From Antedon mediterranea (taxonomy: Eukaryota; Animalia; Echinodermata), in the NCBI RefSeq assembly GCF_964355755.1, contig NC_092671.1:17484001-17548000 (forward strand): DNA of 64,000 bases, written 5' to 3'. Position 1 is the first letter of the stretch. Each line of letters starts with the position of its first letter. Positions 1 through 15,921 of the stretch are shown here, in pieces. The translations under genes and the position numbers were made by a program. The notes under the pieces were generated by a model that saw only the letters and a list, made by a program, of their open reading frames with translations, was not told the origin of the DNA and ran no database searches.

Positions 1-391
1 GCGTATTAATTGCGCCATAATGCGAGACCACCATGTGCCTCTCTTCAAGCAAATCCCCATCCTCATTAGCTGTTGCATAAATTTCTGAGGAATCGCATGT
101 AATCTCATTAACATTCATATATTCAGCATTTTCATTAGATGAACTTTCACCTTTCATTAAGGCTAGATTATTTGTAGATTCACCATCCAGGTCTTTCCTA
201 CATGTTCCAAATCCATTCATTATCACACCCTGGTCATCACCTAATGATGTCAACATGTCTCTTTTTGAATAATAAATGGATTTATCATTTTTTGCCCGGT
301 TGATTGTATGTCGGATTCTTTTCAGGAAGCCAATTGTAGATTTTCTATCTGTAGTTCCAGAAATTTTAAGTGATTTCTTTGATGCAAACAT
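1..391 (-). CDS. First coding exon (partial) of an unidentified minus-strand gene, MFASKKSLKISGTTDRKSTIGFLKRIRHTINRAKNDK...
   Basis: 130 open codons from the ATG at 391 to the window edge in ~33% GC DNA. A pyrimidine-rich splice acceptor (CAG at 420-418 on the minus strand) lies 26 nt upstream of the ATG. No family recognised. Confidence 0.65.
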   Translation of the reverse strand, partial: MFASKKSLKISGTTDRKSTIGFLKRIRHTINRAKNDKSIYYSKRDMLTSLGDDQGVIMNGFGTCRKDLDGESTNNLALMKGESSSNENAEYMNVNEITCDSSEIYATANEDGDLLEERHMVVSHYGAINT

Positions 392-3300
392 CTTTCGGTT
401 GTTTTAGCAAATTAAACCTGCCAATATAAAAACAGTATAAAACAGTATAAATTTAAAACAATAGTTTATGAAACTAAAACATGTACAGTACTGTAATTAT
501 TTCCTTTGTTTGTTGTATCATAAAGAATAACACAAACTAATACATTATTTTTATAACATACTGTAGGTATTTAACAAGGTTAACTAAAAATTATATTAAA
601 CTTATATATTGTACATACAGTACAGTAATAATAACAAGAAATGTTTGTTAATACTGTATAAACATGTGAATAGACACACTGCAGCCATGCAATACAGGAG
701 CTCACAGAATCAGTTTCAGTCTTCGGTCCTGGAACCACCAAAATTGAATTTGTACTCATGTAGGGCAACTTTTAGTTTGCAGTTTAAAAAAAGATTACAA
801 TATTTTGCCACAATTTGGCTACCAAGAAATTGAGAGGACAACTATCCAGTACTAGTATCTGAGATTTGGGCAATTAAGAAAATCTGTCTACAGTATACTT
901 TGTTATAAAGATCCTTGTAAAGGACATGGATAAAAAAAACCTACTAAAACATGGCTTTTAGATTTAAGAGTTAAAACTAAACAGGAAATGGCCTACTGTA
1001 TTGTCACTTTACAGTACATGACAAAAGTGTTATTTCAATCCATTGTACAGTTTAAGCTTTTGAAAACTTACATACAGGAGTTTATAACAAAACATTAACA
1101 AACCATGACTAAAATAAAATATTACTGGATACAATGTTCTTGAATTATTAAACTGGTTGTTTTATTTTTATACAGTTTATAAAATAAATATCAAGAATCG
1201 ACTTACAAGTTTCATTGTTTTGTAATGAAAAAAAGAAAGAAAATCTTTACATTTAAAATGGACAAATAAAAAATAGTTTGTTGTACTCTGAATGACCATT
1301 TTAACCATAACTTTACATTTGATCTAATTTAAAATTAAATTACTATTATGATGATCTGTTAAGTACTATAGGCTTTGTATGATAAAATTCAACTTTAATG
1401 CGAAATCAGGAAGTGTTAATTAGCTTTTATACTACAAATAATGCTTTTGAGCTTATAACTTTTGATGTTTTCTGCGGTGGTCTACTGCAAACAGGATAGG
1501 GATTAAATTTTAAATTTAATTTAATTTTTTTGAATCATAAATTTAATAACAAATCCCTACAACGCAATTGTTTTCCGAAAGCACAGGAAAACGTGACCAT
1601 AGTTAATTCTAATAGAATGTTTTGTTATTATACAGTACAGTAAACTCTCCCAATACCAGACACCTTTGGGCTGGCCAAGTACAGTACACATGTCTGGTTT
1701 TCCGGAAAGTCTGGTATTCAGAATGTGTTCTTAATGGTAAAAATGAATTTGGGACCTTTTGGAAAAAAGTCTGGTTTTGGGAGAGCAAGAGTTGTATTTT
1801 ATTTATTTAATGCATTGATTCAATGGTATTAATTGCTTATTTGATATATTTGTTTAACTTCTCAATTCTGTAATTTTATTTCATCGAGGTGTTAGTTTTG
1901 ATTTGAGATGGTTTCTATTTCCTTAGTCTTTTTGTTATTACATTCAATAGCCCTGTGGAGAGCATGGGCTATTGTAGGTTCATCCAGGTAAGCTACTATA
2001 GGCACAAAATAGATAAATTCACATTTATTCAGCAATTGAGTGTGAACTATCCATGTTTCACCAAGTTTGTTAATGTTTTATTTACTAATACTAGCTATTT
2101 TTAGTAAAGATATCTGGCAACTGGCAAACTGCTGCTATTATTATTGTCAAAATGCCAGAATATGAACCCTGGGATTTGTAACATTGTAATGTCTACCACA
2201 AACTAATGCATTACCACTTACAGTATACTGTATACTGTTTGGTAGGAAGAACAGTTCATACAAAAGGTCTTACTGTAGTAATTCAGTAGTAGGCAGCTTA
2301 TGAGCACTGTTTTAACAATTCGTATTGAATACAACATTTTTTTATGTCCAGAAGTTATACCTATATTACTAATATAGTTTCAATGTAATAAATTACAATT
2401 GTAGTAAAACCTAAATTTGCGAGGAAAAAAAATTCAAATTAAAGTACAGTACAGTATAAATCAATAAAAACAAATTAAAAAATGTAACCATTTTGTTTCT
2501 TTAATAAAATTAAAATTCAATTTTAATATTTTATACTTACAATTTAAATTTGACTTTATATCAATAAGAAAGCTATCAATACATTTTATCTAATATATAG
2601 CGAGAATTAGGCAGGAGATGACAGTAGTGACGTCAAGTGCCGTTTGTAAAGTCATCATAATTTCAGCATGGATGGTTTCAGGATTTTAAACAGTAAGTTC
2701 AAATTAAAAAGCAGTCAAGTGTGACTGCTTTTGTCTGGATTTTGTTGCAGTATTACACTATCTAACTGGTCCTAAGAAAGAACCAAGAATCCCGCAAACC
2801 TACAAAAAACATAAACCTAATATCAAACCAATACAAGTGATTGAAACATAGTTGGTACTCAACACACTTGGTACTTGGTTTTTTTTTAAATCATTTTTTA
2901 AAAACATAATTTGTTACTGTAAACAAAAAAATACAAACACCAGCAAACTAACATTAAGTGTTTTAAATTAAATTTTACCCATCCCTAATGGCCTAAAAAT
3001 GAAAACATGACTTAGTATCTGCACTTGACATCATTTTCTTAACTTGGTAATGGCTATGCACTCACTTGCTAAACACAGGGTCTCAGAGCTAGGGGGTCCT
3101 AGAGTATCATCAGCCCCAATGCAACTATCCAGCTATGGAGGGCCCTTTGCTACTGTAGCAGTGCTTGTCGTGTTCTTCCTCTATTTACTTTAATTACTAC
3201 TTTAAACATTTACATTTTTATTAAGACAGAATTGATTGACAGCTTAACTTTAGTGATGTATTAAAGTCATATAATTTACATTATATTGACGCAAATTAAA

Positions 3301-5121
3301 AGGTCTAGCTACTGTATCAAGTATCACAGTAGTTACCAATTAAGACACATTTGTTTAATTGATACTAACTGTACACTTTAAAGTGCACACGAGCCAGATG
3401 TGTACACTGGAACTCCAGCTTTAAGTCCTTATCCGAGACGAGAAGTGCCTTGAACCTGTGGCAATTATATAGATGGTTTGCGGCACCCTTCCTTAACCGC
3501 TTGGCCACTCGATTTAACTTATTATGGGTGTTATGTATGGTTTTTGTTTCTAGATTTCATAGTTTTTAGGCTTTCGATTAATTTCTTTTGGTTGTCCACA
3601 AGCGACATGGATACAGTATGTGCGCCTAAAAAATCTATTATTATTGATCAATTGAGCTGTATTTTTATTTAATTTTACACTGGTTATCAGTAAAGTTAAT
3701 TTTTGTTTAACCACCACACGATGACCAAACTATGTATACAAGTACAGTAATTGAAAAAAATGTTATACTGATAGATACAAAATTTACCAAATATAACATA
3801 CAGTAGGTGCATGTATTTAGCGAATCTGTAGTTTAAATTGAAAAGCTTTCAAAGCCAATGGTTCATAAACCTGAGTGAATAAAACATAATGCAAATTATT
3901 TGACACTGGTGTAGAACTAACTCATGTGTAAAGATGCATCAATGCTGCCCTACCCACTATCAAAGGTTCAATGCAAATATAGAACTAACAATAAAGTGCT
4001 CATATCATCAAACAATAATGCTGCCAGTTGTAAACTATTCATAATGTTATACCATATTTACATAATATTACAGTAATACGTCAACAGATTAGTAACTGTT
4101 CTGTTGTTGTGCTGTTTTGTTTTCTTAAATTACTAAATCTTAAGATAATCTTAAGATGTGTTTAGATTCAAATAGTACTGTACTGTACTGTAGCTCTATC
4201 TAGAGTTTTATTGGGTTTTACTATAAGTTCCAAATAACAATAACATAGCACAGTATCTGGACCTTTGTCGCATTGATATTATTAATAATAGAATGATAAG
4301 ATAACCATTCTGATATTTAGAATGCTTTATTATTGTATTTGATATGTCTAATTGCATGTTAAATTCAACCAAATTTCATTTTACTATTGTACAATATCTT
4401 ATCTAATTTCCCTCTAAATAGTGTAGTTTAATGATCACATCGGGTGCCAGTCTTTAGTTTAGACACCAAAGCTACTATATACTGTACCAATAAAACCTGG
4501 GTCCCAAAATGTATTTACAGGTAGTTACTAGATAAATCTACCTATCTATGATAGACTAATAACTGTACCATGATAGTTTTAGAATATTTATAAATTAAAA
4601 ATACAATGCAATACCAGTATTTTTTTAAATTTTAAATTTATTTATTATCATGGAAAAAAATGAACAATAAAAATGTAATTCAATTTTTTAAAGAAAATTG
4701 AATCACATTAAATTTTATAAAATATGGCTTCTGTGGAGTTAATATCCTTTTACAAGAGTACTATGCGAGTAGAGCATCGGCGACATCATTATTGGTCAGT
4801 TAAAAAGCGTACACATACAAAAAGTAATCAAATACACTACAGTTTAACACAGACTCGTTTGGACCAGGTCGATGGTGTAGTCATGTTGGTAGGGATCCGA
4901 GGTTTGTGGGTTCTATTTTCAATGGATTTATTTTTCCTCATTATTAAATTGTTCTTTTTACTCACCATTGCCTACATTATTTGGGGTTAATCTATCATGG
5001 GATTTTTATGGTTGTGAGGACCAATCGCAATGCGGTTGACATGTTTTCTGTCTGAAAGTCACCTAGGCCTAGGTCTACTACTTCACAAAAGACACAAAAA
5101 ATTGACAATACATTAACAAGC

Positions 5122-5494
5122 GGCGCTAGTTCCGTTTTGCCCCCTGCCATTTATTTTGACTCAAAATTTGTTAATTAACTTTATCAAGGAGATCTCACAA
5201 AAAGTAATAAATCCTCTCATTACCCTTTCACATTGTTTCAAGCCCAACACTTAACACCTTTCAAGCAAAAATATGACACACACATAAACACCATGAGAGG
5301 AGGCAGCCTCTACGAGTACGAGTAAATACTCTTTGCCTCCTTATTTCACTAAAGTAAGCATCACTAAGGCACTTCTTCATAAAAGTACTAAGATGAGGCC
5401 CAATTCTAAGGTGTGGTATTCACAATAAGTTACATAACACATTTGGAGTAAAAAGAAGTCGAAATAAAAACAGGTGCGAAAGGGAACTAGCGCC
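5122..5494. mobile_element. Non-autonomous DNA transposon (MITE) with 8-bp TSD, Merlin- or hAT-like
   Basis: TIRs GGCGCTAGTTCC...GGAACTAGCGCC; exact direct repeat TAACAAGC at 5114-5121 and 5495-5502. Confidence 0.8.
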
Positions 5495-5853
5495 TAACAA
5501 GCTGACATTTAATACTATCTAACTAATACTAGTCTAGGCCTAGGCCTACAGTAATTATTAGGCTAATACTAATAGTAATACTATAGGCCTAGCCTAGCTA
5601 GGCCTATACACAACAGCCTACCCAACCCATCTCTGAAAGAAATATAGAGGACTACTACTACGCCTAGGCTGCTCCTCTAGCCTAGCCTACTTGGCCTACT
5701 GTAGGTAGCCCTATAGCCAAGCAGACACGACTGTCAGGTCAGGGTAGGTGTTATTGTCAGTAACATAAATACGGTAGGCTCGGTGGGCTGATTAATCGTC
5801 TACAAATTGTTACGTTTCGACACTATAAAACAGCTGTTAATAAAGATACTCAC

Positions 5854-6010
5854 GTTAAAAAAAGATGTAAGATATTCCATTATCTAATAGAATCATCTAT
5901 CAGGTAACAGTAAACACAACCACTTAAATTCCAACTACATTTTTAATGTACAAACCTAGGCCTAGCTAGGAGGCACCACCATTAAAAGGTCCATTAAAAA
6001 ACCAAGACTT
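5854..6010 (-). promoter_or_regulatory. Putative non-coding first exon and promoter region of the minus-strand gene
   Basis: GTGAGT donor on the minus strand at 5853-5848, followed by a TAGGCCTA-rich tract like the one after NBEAL exon 1. Inference only. Confidence 0.3.
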
Positions 6011-6507
6011 CCTGTTAATTTTTAGTGGTCGAAAATTTACCAAAAAAGAGGGCGCAATTTATATATCTCAGAGCTGCTGAGCCATAATATGTATGGCTCT
6101 GACCTAAACAAACATTAAACAATTACTGACTGGGTCGACGCTATTTGTAACTCATTTGTGACAATTCATTCAATAATAATTTTCTTTCATTTGTATCTTA
6201 CAACAAAATATTATTCTCATTTCATTTCATTTATTTATTCGACCAATAAAATTAAAATGATACAGAACAGAAACAAAACACAATGGTCAGGGAGAAACTA
6301 TAAAGCAAAAAAAATTCCTATAACTCAAAGAGTCAGTCAGTTGCCCCTAGTTAAATTTCATGCATTTCATTCATATATATATATATATATATATAAATCA
6401 TACTGTAAATTATAGAAACAGTGCTCATATTCGGAACATGATCTCATAATCGCGTCGAGCATAGCTCATTGGCGAAAGTTCCGTATTTTTTAGTTGTATG
6501 AAAAAAT

Positions 6508-6578
6508 GTCTCTGGCGGGATTCGAACCTGCAACCTCTCGCTTACTGGGCGAGTATCATACCACTAGACCACAGAGCC
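6508..6578 (-). pseudogene. tRNA-like sequence (tRNA-Pro-like body, AGT anticodon), repeat-borne
   Basis: GGCTCTGTGGTCTAGTGGTATGATACTCGC-CCAGTAA-GCGAGAGGTTGCAGGTTCGAATCCCGCCAGAGAC. A and B boxes present; C at position 33 and mismatches in the acceptor and T stems. Confidence 0.7.
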
Positions 6579-6850
6579 ATGTATGGTATTATCACAGATT
6601 TTCACCCACCAGATACATTCTCTCATACAACAAGCGCCCTCACAATCAGTGGAGGCTTAACAAGTCAGAATAAATTCCATCTTTAATTCGCAACGGTTTT
6701 TTAAATAATATTGTGTATATGTAAATCAATGATGTTGCGTAGCACTGTGTAAATTATATATAAATCATACTGTAAATTATAGAAACAGTGCTCATATTCG
6801 GAACATGATCTCATAATCGCGTCGAGCAATAGCTGATTGGCGAAAGTTCC

Positions 6851-6885
<35 letters not shown>

Positions 6886-6899
6886 TTGTATGAAAAAAT

Positions 6900-6970
6900 G
6901 TCTCTGGCGGGATTCGAACCTGCAACCTCTCGCTTACAGGGCGAGTATCATACAACTAGACCACAGAGCC
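6900..6970 (-). pseudogene. Second tRNA-like copy (TGT anticodon)
   Basis: Near-identical to 6508-6578; D-loop GG changed to TG. Confidence 0.7.
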
Positions 6971-7241
6971 ATGTATGGTATTATCACAGATTTTCACCCA
7001 CCAGATACATTCTCTCATACAACAAACGCCCTCACAATCAGTGGAGGCTTAACAAGTCAGAATAAATTCCAACTTTAATTCGCAACGGTTTTTTAAATAA
7101 TATTGTGTATATGTAAATCAATGATGTTGCGTAGCACTGTGTAAATTATATATAAATCATACTGTAAATTATAGAAACAGTGCTCATATTCGGAACATGA
7201 TCTCATAATCGCGTCGAGCATAGCTCATTGGCGAAAGTCCC

Positions 7242-7274
<33 letters not shown>

Positions 7275-7331
7275 CTTTTATTTATTTTTTTTTTTTATAT
7301 ATATGAATGAAATGCATGAAATTTAACTAGG

Positions 7332-7406
<75 letters not shown>

Positions 7407-8281
7407 CAATTTTTGAAATAATATGTTAATTACAATGTATAAATTAAACATGGCAATGTAAGACGTGATTGAAATCGTACTAAACTGTGTCTATCTGTTT
7501 GGGTAGAGCAGCTACAAACTCGTCAGGAGAGGAAGTATAAAATATCCTCCCTTTTAACTACCCTTTTCACCAAGCCAAAATAAATGAAACAAAAAAAGAA
7601 GAATACAAAAGTTTGACTAAGGTACTAATGATAGCATTTACAGTATCTAAATGGTTACTTTTTTAGATAGGTAGACTGGCTACACTAATTCCTTTACTGC
7701 AGTAAACGAATATTCTTAACACGGTATTAAATCTATATAAATGTAGGTCCTAAGGCCTATACAACAAAAAGTGTGTGAATACTGTACACAAATAATAAGA
7801 AAATAAAGATGCCATGAACGCCAATAATTTTAATTTAATAAGACTAAGCCTTCAATCTTGTAATACAATCTATTGTAATGGTGGAGGAAATGACAGAAGA
7901 ATGTGTTAATAGTTATATTACAGAAAAGAAACAAACCGCTGTAGTGTAGAGCCGGATAATTATTATTTCTTACTTATATCAGGGAAGAGTGAATCTTCCC
8001 TGCTTTTATTTTAAAAAGTAACTTCTAAAGTAAAAGGTTCACGTATCGATAAAGCTCAGCTACTATTAAAATGATATTTACCTCTTTTTAGAACAGCCAG
8101 AAGATTTCTACGTGTTTAACTCATTAAAAACATTTTGAGAATTCAACGTTTCGATTTATAATTGATGATTTTCAATAATCAATGACCAGTGCATAATAAC
8201 AATCATTGCATGGAGCAACAACAAAAACAACAACAACAACAACAACAACTCAGAAATGGACAAATAATGCTTTATTTATCA

Positions 8282-8516
8282 GGAGTTGGATAGCCGAGTG
8301 GTTAGGACACTTGACTGTCATACAGATAGACCCGGGTTCAATTCCCGACAACTCCCAGTCCACTCAGCTGTAAATGAGTACCTGGTTGAAAATACTAGGG
8401 AGAAAAAAGGCGGCGTGGAAAGGAACTGGCCACCCTACCAATTAATGCCGATGTTTAGTACAATGAGCTCCTAACAGCTCATTCCCCTACGTTCAGAGAA
8501 CACGGGACTGACCTTC
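8282..8516 (+). mobile_element. tRNA-derived SINE (5'-truncated second copy at ~10707-10876)
   Basis: tRNA head with A box (TAGCCGAGTGG), GTC anticodon loop and B box (GGTTCAATTCC). The body CCACTCAGCTGTAAATGAGTACC... recurs at 10707. Confidence 0.8.
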
Positions 8517-8862
8517 GTGACCCCGAAATAAGACAAACACAAACATCAAGGGATATTATATAAAAGATCAGAGAAATGAAATAGAGAGGCAGGACACATA
8601 ACAAGAACATAATAGATGCACAAAGAGGCTCACAAACCGGGCAACCAACAGGAGGAGCGGAAATGAAGAGAAATCACCAATGCACAGACACGGCAATTTT
8701 GATGAGGACTGCGTGGCGGGAAAATATGGAAATGCTGGCTTTATCCAACAATGAATGGGCATAGTCTGATGATTAAAATAATCAAATAAAATTAAATAGA
8801 TCGAAATGTCAAATTCTCAAAATGTGCTCTGTATTTTTAATTTGATATTGGTTAGTTACACA

Positions 8863-8940
8863 AGAAGAATATGAAGAGTGCGACCTTTTTTGGAACACGG
8901 AAGGATCACCGCTAGCAAACGGATTGTATTTGAGATCTGA
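8863..8940 (+). pseudogene. Collapsed remnant of a third sulfotransferase copy
   Basis: Exon-3-like GAAGAATATGAAGAGTG...TTTTTTGGAACA is fused to the last-exon end GGAAGGATCACCGCTAGCAAACGGATTGTATTTGAGATCTGA, then the same 3' flank as at 11884. Confidence 0.7.
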
Positions 8941-10039
8941 AATCAACATTTGAAAAACTATATTTGATACGTTTAAATTCAGAAATAATATAGTTTAATA
9001 AACTAATTAATTAGTTTAAACATGCGTTATAATAACATCAGATGAATTGAGTTATAATAATTTTAATTGAATAAATTAATTTTGAAAAAATGCACCGTTT
9101 GACCATTGTTTCCAGGTTCATCGCTTGGTCATAAAATCATTATTAACCGCCGGTGGCCTTATGTATCCTGCAAAAACGCTATAATATAAGAAAATGATAA
9201 AATAATACTACCGTAATTAATATTTTATAATTATGGTTGTATCCGTCATTGTCTATACTGTACTAGGTTATAGCAGACCAATACTAGATCGGAGAAGGCC
9301 TATAATCTAAATAATATTTTGACGTCGCGCAGAACCGTACTTCCATGAAAACCACGTGGCACAGCTATGACAGACAAAACGTTTCTAGGTGTAAATGTTA
9401 TAAATGGCTTTACATGGTCACCGCAGGTGCATAATGACACCCCTAAAAGACAACAAAGTTTCGAAATAAGAGACGATGATGTTTTTGTAGTTGCATATCC
9501 AAAATCTGGTGGGTGTTTGTTCTTATTTAATTCATCGGACTCGAACCGATTCATTCGTCGGCTGCTAAGAGATGCAAACAAGATCAAGTTACTGTTTTCA
9601 TTTAGGAACTAATTGGGCGCGAGAATTAGTGAGAAATATTGTGTGTCAGGGAAACAAAGAAAATGTTAAGGAAGATTATGGAAGCAATCCCCATAGACAA
9701 CTTGAATTTGGTGATAATTTCAAGAAATATGAAACAGAAAAACCAAGAGTTATTATGACGCACGCACCAGTTGACGCACTACCAAAACATTAGGCATTAG
9801 AAGAAAAGGGAAAGGTAAGTTAATTTAATTGCAATGAGATATTATGCCTATAGGCCCACAGTATAATATTTATTTAATTGAGGAGAACATTGGAGCGTTA
9901 CCAGGCAATACAAGATGCGAAATGGAACGGGGAAATTAAATTCATTGATGGTTTAAATGCTTAATTTTCCTTCATACTTATAAGAGGTGCCTCAGGGAGC
10001 CATAGCCTAAATTATGTAACTGATGAAAGTAAGATTTAT

Positions 10040-10335
10040 TTTATTTTATTTTATTTTATTTTATGTCTTTAGGCAATGTGGCCAAGGATTACCAATAGTG
10101 AATTAATCACTGTCCTATCAGATAGGTGGTAATCCCCCTGATACAGGGGCTATTGTGTGAACCAGTTCACCGGGGTAACCCCCTACTCTTTTTCGAATAA
10201 TGAACTGGGTTCTTTAAAGTACACACAGGTTATAACTGTGTACACTGGACCTACGGTTTATAGTCCTTATCCGAGAAGACTTGTTCCACCACCAGAACTA
10301 GGAGCGAGTCGGCCTCGAACCCTTGCCGATGTTGT
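10040..10335 (-). mobile_element. Deu/Nin-domain SINE fragment (related fragments at ~3370-3510, ~20840-20985 and ~55400-55500)
   Basis: The minus strand reads GTCTTCTCGGATAAGGACTATAAACCGTAGGTCC...ACTTTAAAGAACCCAG...CGAAAAGAGTAGGGG, matching the Deu/Nin central domain as recalled, with a (TTTTA)n tail. Confidence 0.6.
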
Positions 10336-11389
10336 TGTTGGCTCTTTAGGTACGGTAAACGGCGCCCATGCTTTTTTATTGATAAATAGGTCGTGTTTGT
10401 GATGCGAAATCCAAAGGACATTGCCGTTTCTTGTTGGAATTTTGTGAAAGAAAAACGGGTTACTGAAGAATATGGGGAGTGGGATACTTTTTTTGAAACA
10501 TTTCTGAGGTCTGACAGTAAGTGAAACGCCGTGTGAATTAGAATTAGCTCAGCACGTAGTGGAGAATACTGAGTCTCAAGTAAAGGAATACATGCTGTAA
10601 TTAAAACAAACTTTAGAGACTGATCGCGGCGTAGCTCAAGTATCTGTACCTTCCTTTGTCAAGGAGAGTTGGAAAGAAATCAGTAATATAAGGCAGATAT
10701 TGATACGTCCACTCAGCTGTAAATGAGTATACCTAGTTGAAAATACTAGGGAGAAAAAAGGCGGCGTGGAAAGGAACTGGCCACCCTACCACATATGCCC
10801 AATGCCGAGGCTTAGTACAATGAGCTCCTAACAGCTTATTCCCCTACGTTCAGAATGAACACGGGACTCACCTTTATCTTTATTGATGCGTTTATTTTTC
10901 AGTGATGTATGGAAATTGGTTTGATTTCAATCTGCCGTACTATGAACATTATCGAGATAAAAAGAACTTTTTGTTCTTAACTTACAAAGAAATGAAACTT
11001 ATGAGTTTTGTTGTTTGATTACGGTAAGTCGTGTAAACTATAGGCCTCTGATTTCTCTGTATCGATTTTCTTATCTTAATTTTTCATTTAAATGATATAT
11101 ATTTTTTTATTTTTTTTGGCATCTCGAAAATTCACATTTTTACAGTTTGTTAAACCAGAATTTTAAATCCGACCATGATTAAAATTATTACAGGATCACA
11201 AAGGATGTGTTGTTCGGATCTCTGATTTTCTGTCTCGTCCTTTGTCAGAGGAACACGTTGATAAAGCTGTGGAAATTACAACATTTTCTAACATGAAAGC
11301 AAAAAATCCAACATCGTTTCAACGAAACGGAGAAATAAGCAAACGGATGCGGAAATGTAATTTTATTCATAGAAGAAAATGATCTTTTT

Positions 11390-11585
11390 TTCGGCATCTG
11401 TTTCTCTTTGGAATGCGTTGCCCTTTGAAATCCGTCAGGCAACTTCCACCAGTGTCTTCAAATCTCTCCTCAAAACCCACCTTTTGAATGTTTAATTTTC
11501 TAAATTTTTCTGTCTATGTAAACCGCATTGAGGCTTTCAGCATTATGCGCTATATCAAGTACCAGTTATTATTATTATTATTATC
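11390..11585 (+). mobile_element. L2-like LINE 3' fragment in a SULT pseudogene intron
   Basis: Encodes SLWNALPFEIRQATSTSVFKSLLKTHL, followed by a CGCATTGAG...ATGCGCTATA stem-loop and a (TTA)n tail. Confidence 0.75.
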
Positions 11586-12191
11586 TTTTAGATAGTAATT
11601 CAACGTCACTGTGTATTAATTAGAAAATAAAATGATGTAAATATATATGGTCACTTAAAGTAATTTATAAATTAGTAACTGTAATTCATCGATTAGGCAT
11701 TGCTTTCAATTTAATTAAAATACTTTATTATTATGCCTTTAACTTATTTATTGTAGGTGTCGTTGAAGACTGGAAGACTCGTTTTACTGTCACTCAAAAT
11801 GAGCGTTTTGACGCAATTTACAACCAGAGAATGGAAGGATCGGCGCTAGCAAAACTTGCAAGCAAGATTGTATTTGAGATCTGAAATCAACATTTAAAAA
11901 ACTTTGATACGGTTAAACTTAGAAATAATAGAGTTTAATAAAACTAATTAATTAGTTTAAACATGCATGATAATAATATCAGGTGAGTTATAATAATTTC
12001 AATTGGTTCATCACTTGGTCATAAAATAAAAGAAAATGATAAAATAATACTACTGTCATTAATCATTATGATGTGATATGGTTGTCCGCCATTGCCTATG
12101 TTGTAGTACAACAACACTGGCTCGGAGTAGGCCTACATTATAAAGTAAATAATATTTTGACTCACAGAACCGTACTTCCAGTCAAACCACT

Positions 12192-15331
<3,140 letters not shown>

Positions 15332-15459
15332 AATTAACATGTTAAAAACTATTTTATAGACTTATATTTAGAAATAATAGTTTAATTAAAATAATTCATT
15401 ATTTTTAAAAGTTTTAGTTGTAATAATAACAATTAGTTATTGAGTTAATAGCATACAAT

Positions 15460-15692
15460 TTTTAAGACTGCTCGCCGGCTTTTGAAAATTGTCTCCTATC
15501 TTTTAACACTAGCAGGTCTGAAAATAATACTAAAAAGTGGTCGAGAATTTGCCTCCAAATATATATATACCTATCTACACAAAAACATTCAGAATAATAA
15601 CTAATAAACATACAAACAACGTAAATACTATACTTGGCAAAATTTTGCCAAGTAACACATGCGATCGAATACATACCTCCTTGGCGGAGGTA
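15460..15692. mobile_element. Interspersed repeat ending in the hairpin TACCTCCTTGGCGGAGGTA (partial inverted copy at ~61250-61345)
   Basis: About 90 bp is shared in reverse complement with 61255-61342; terminal hairpin present. Confidence 0.55.
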
Positions 15693-15921
15693 AGAAAATA
15701 CCAGTGAGCTGTAAGCAAATCACTGGAAAATACTAAAAAGTTCAAGATACTTAAACTATAGAGGGCGGCATTTATAAATTAGTTCCGTGTGCCGGCCGTG
15801 TGTGTGTTCGAGATCGAGACGAGTGCTGTTTATTTTGTTTTTTTGTGTAGGCCTAGCCTAGGTAGGGCCCTACAAATGCAAACTTATCAATGTTAATGTA
15901 CTTTATTACCGAACTGTAATC

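Larger units (their letters stand above)
6342..7335. repeat. Inverted-repeat-bounded cassette with ~2.3 tandem copies of a ~370-bp unit, each full copy carrying a tRNA-like sequence
   Basis: TGCCCCTAGTTAAATTTCATGCATTTCATTCATATAT at 6342 and its reverse complement ending at 7335; units start near 6391, 6758 and 7150; (TA)n at the junctions and at 7335-7403. Confidence 0.8.
9367..11884 (+). pseudogene. Cytosolic sulfotransferase (SULT) pseudogene, 6 exons
   Basis: Exons 9367-9508, 9606-9814, 10390-10516, 10903-11000, 11194-11356, 11757-11884. YPKSGT and RNPKD motifs present. In-frame TAG at 9791-9793, exon-4 donor GT changed to AT (11001), and RKGxxGDWK changed to RKCVVEDWK. Confidence 0.9.

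Noticed and set aside
2628-2635. CRE palindrome TGACGTCA near a possible minus-strand donor at ~2540
   Set aside because: A single 8-mer with no supporting evidence for an alternative promoter.
580-5000. Short 60-90-aa ORFs in this and other AT-rich intronic regions
   Set aside because: Low-complexity composition, no splice-consistent structure and no recognisable motifs.
6508-6970. Functional tRNA-Thr genes
   Set aside because: C33 instead of U33, stem mismatches and a location inside a repeat unit.
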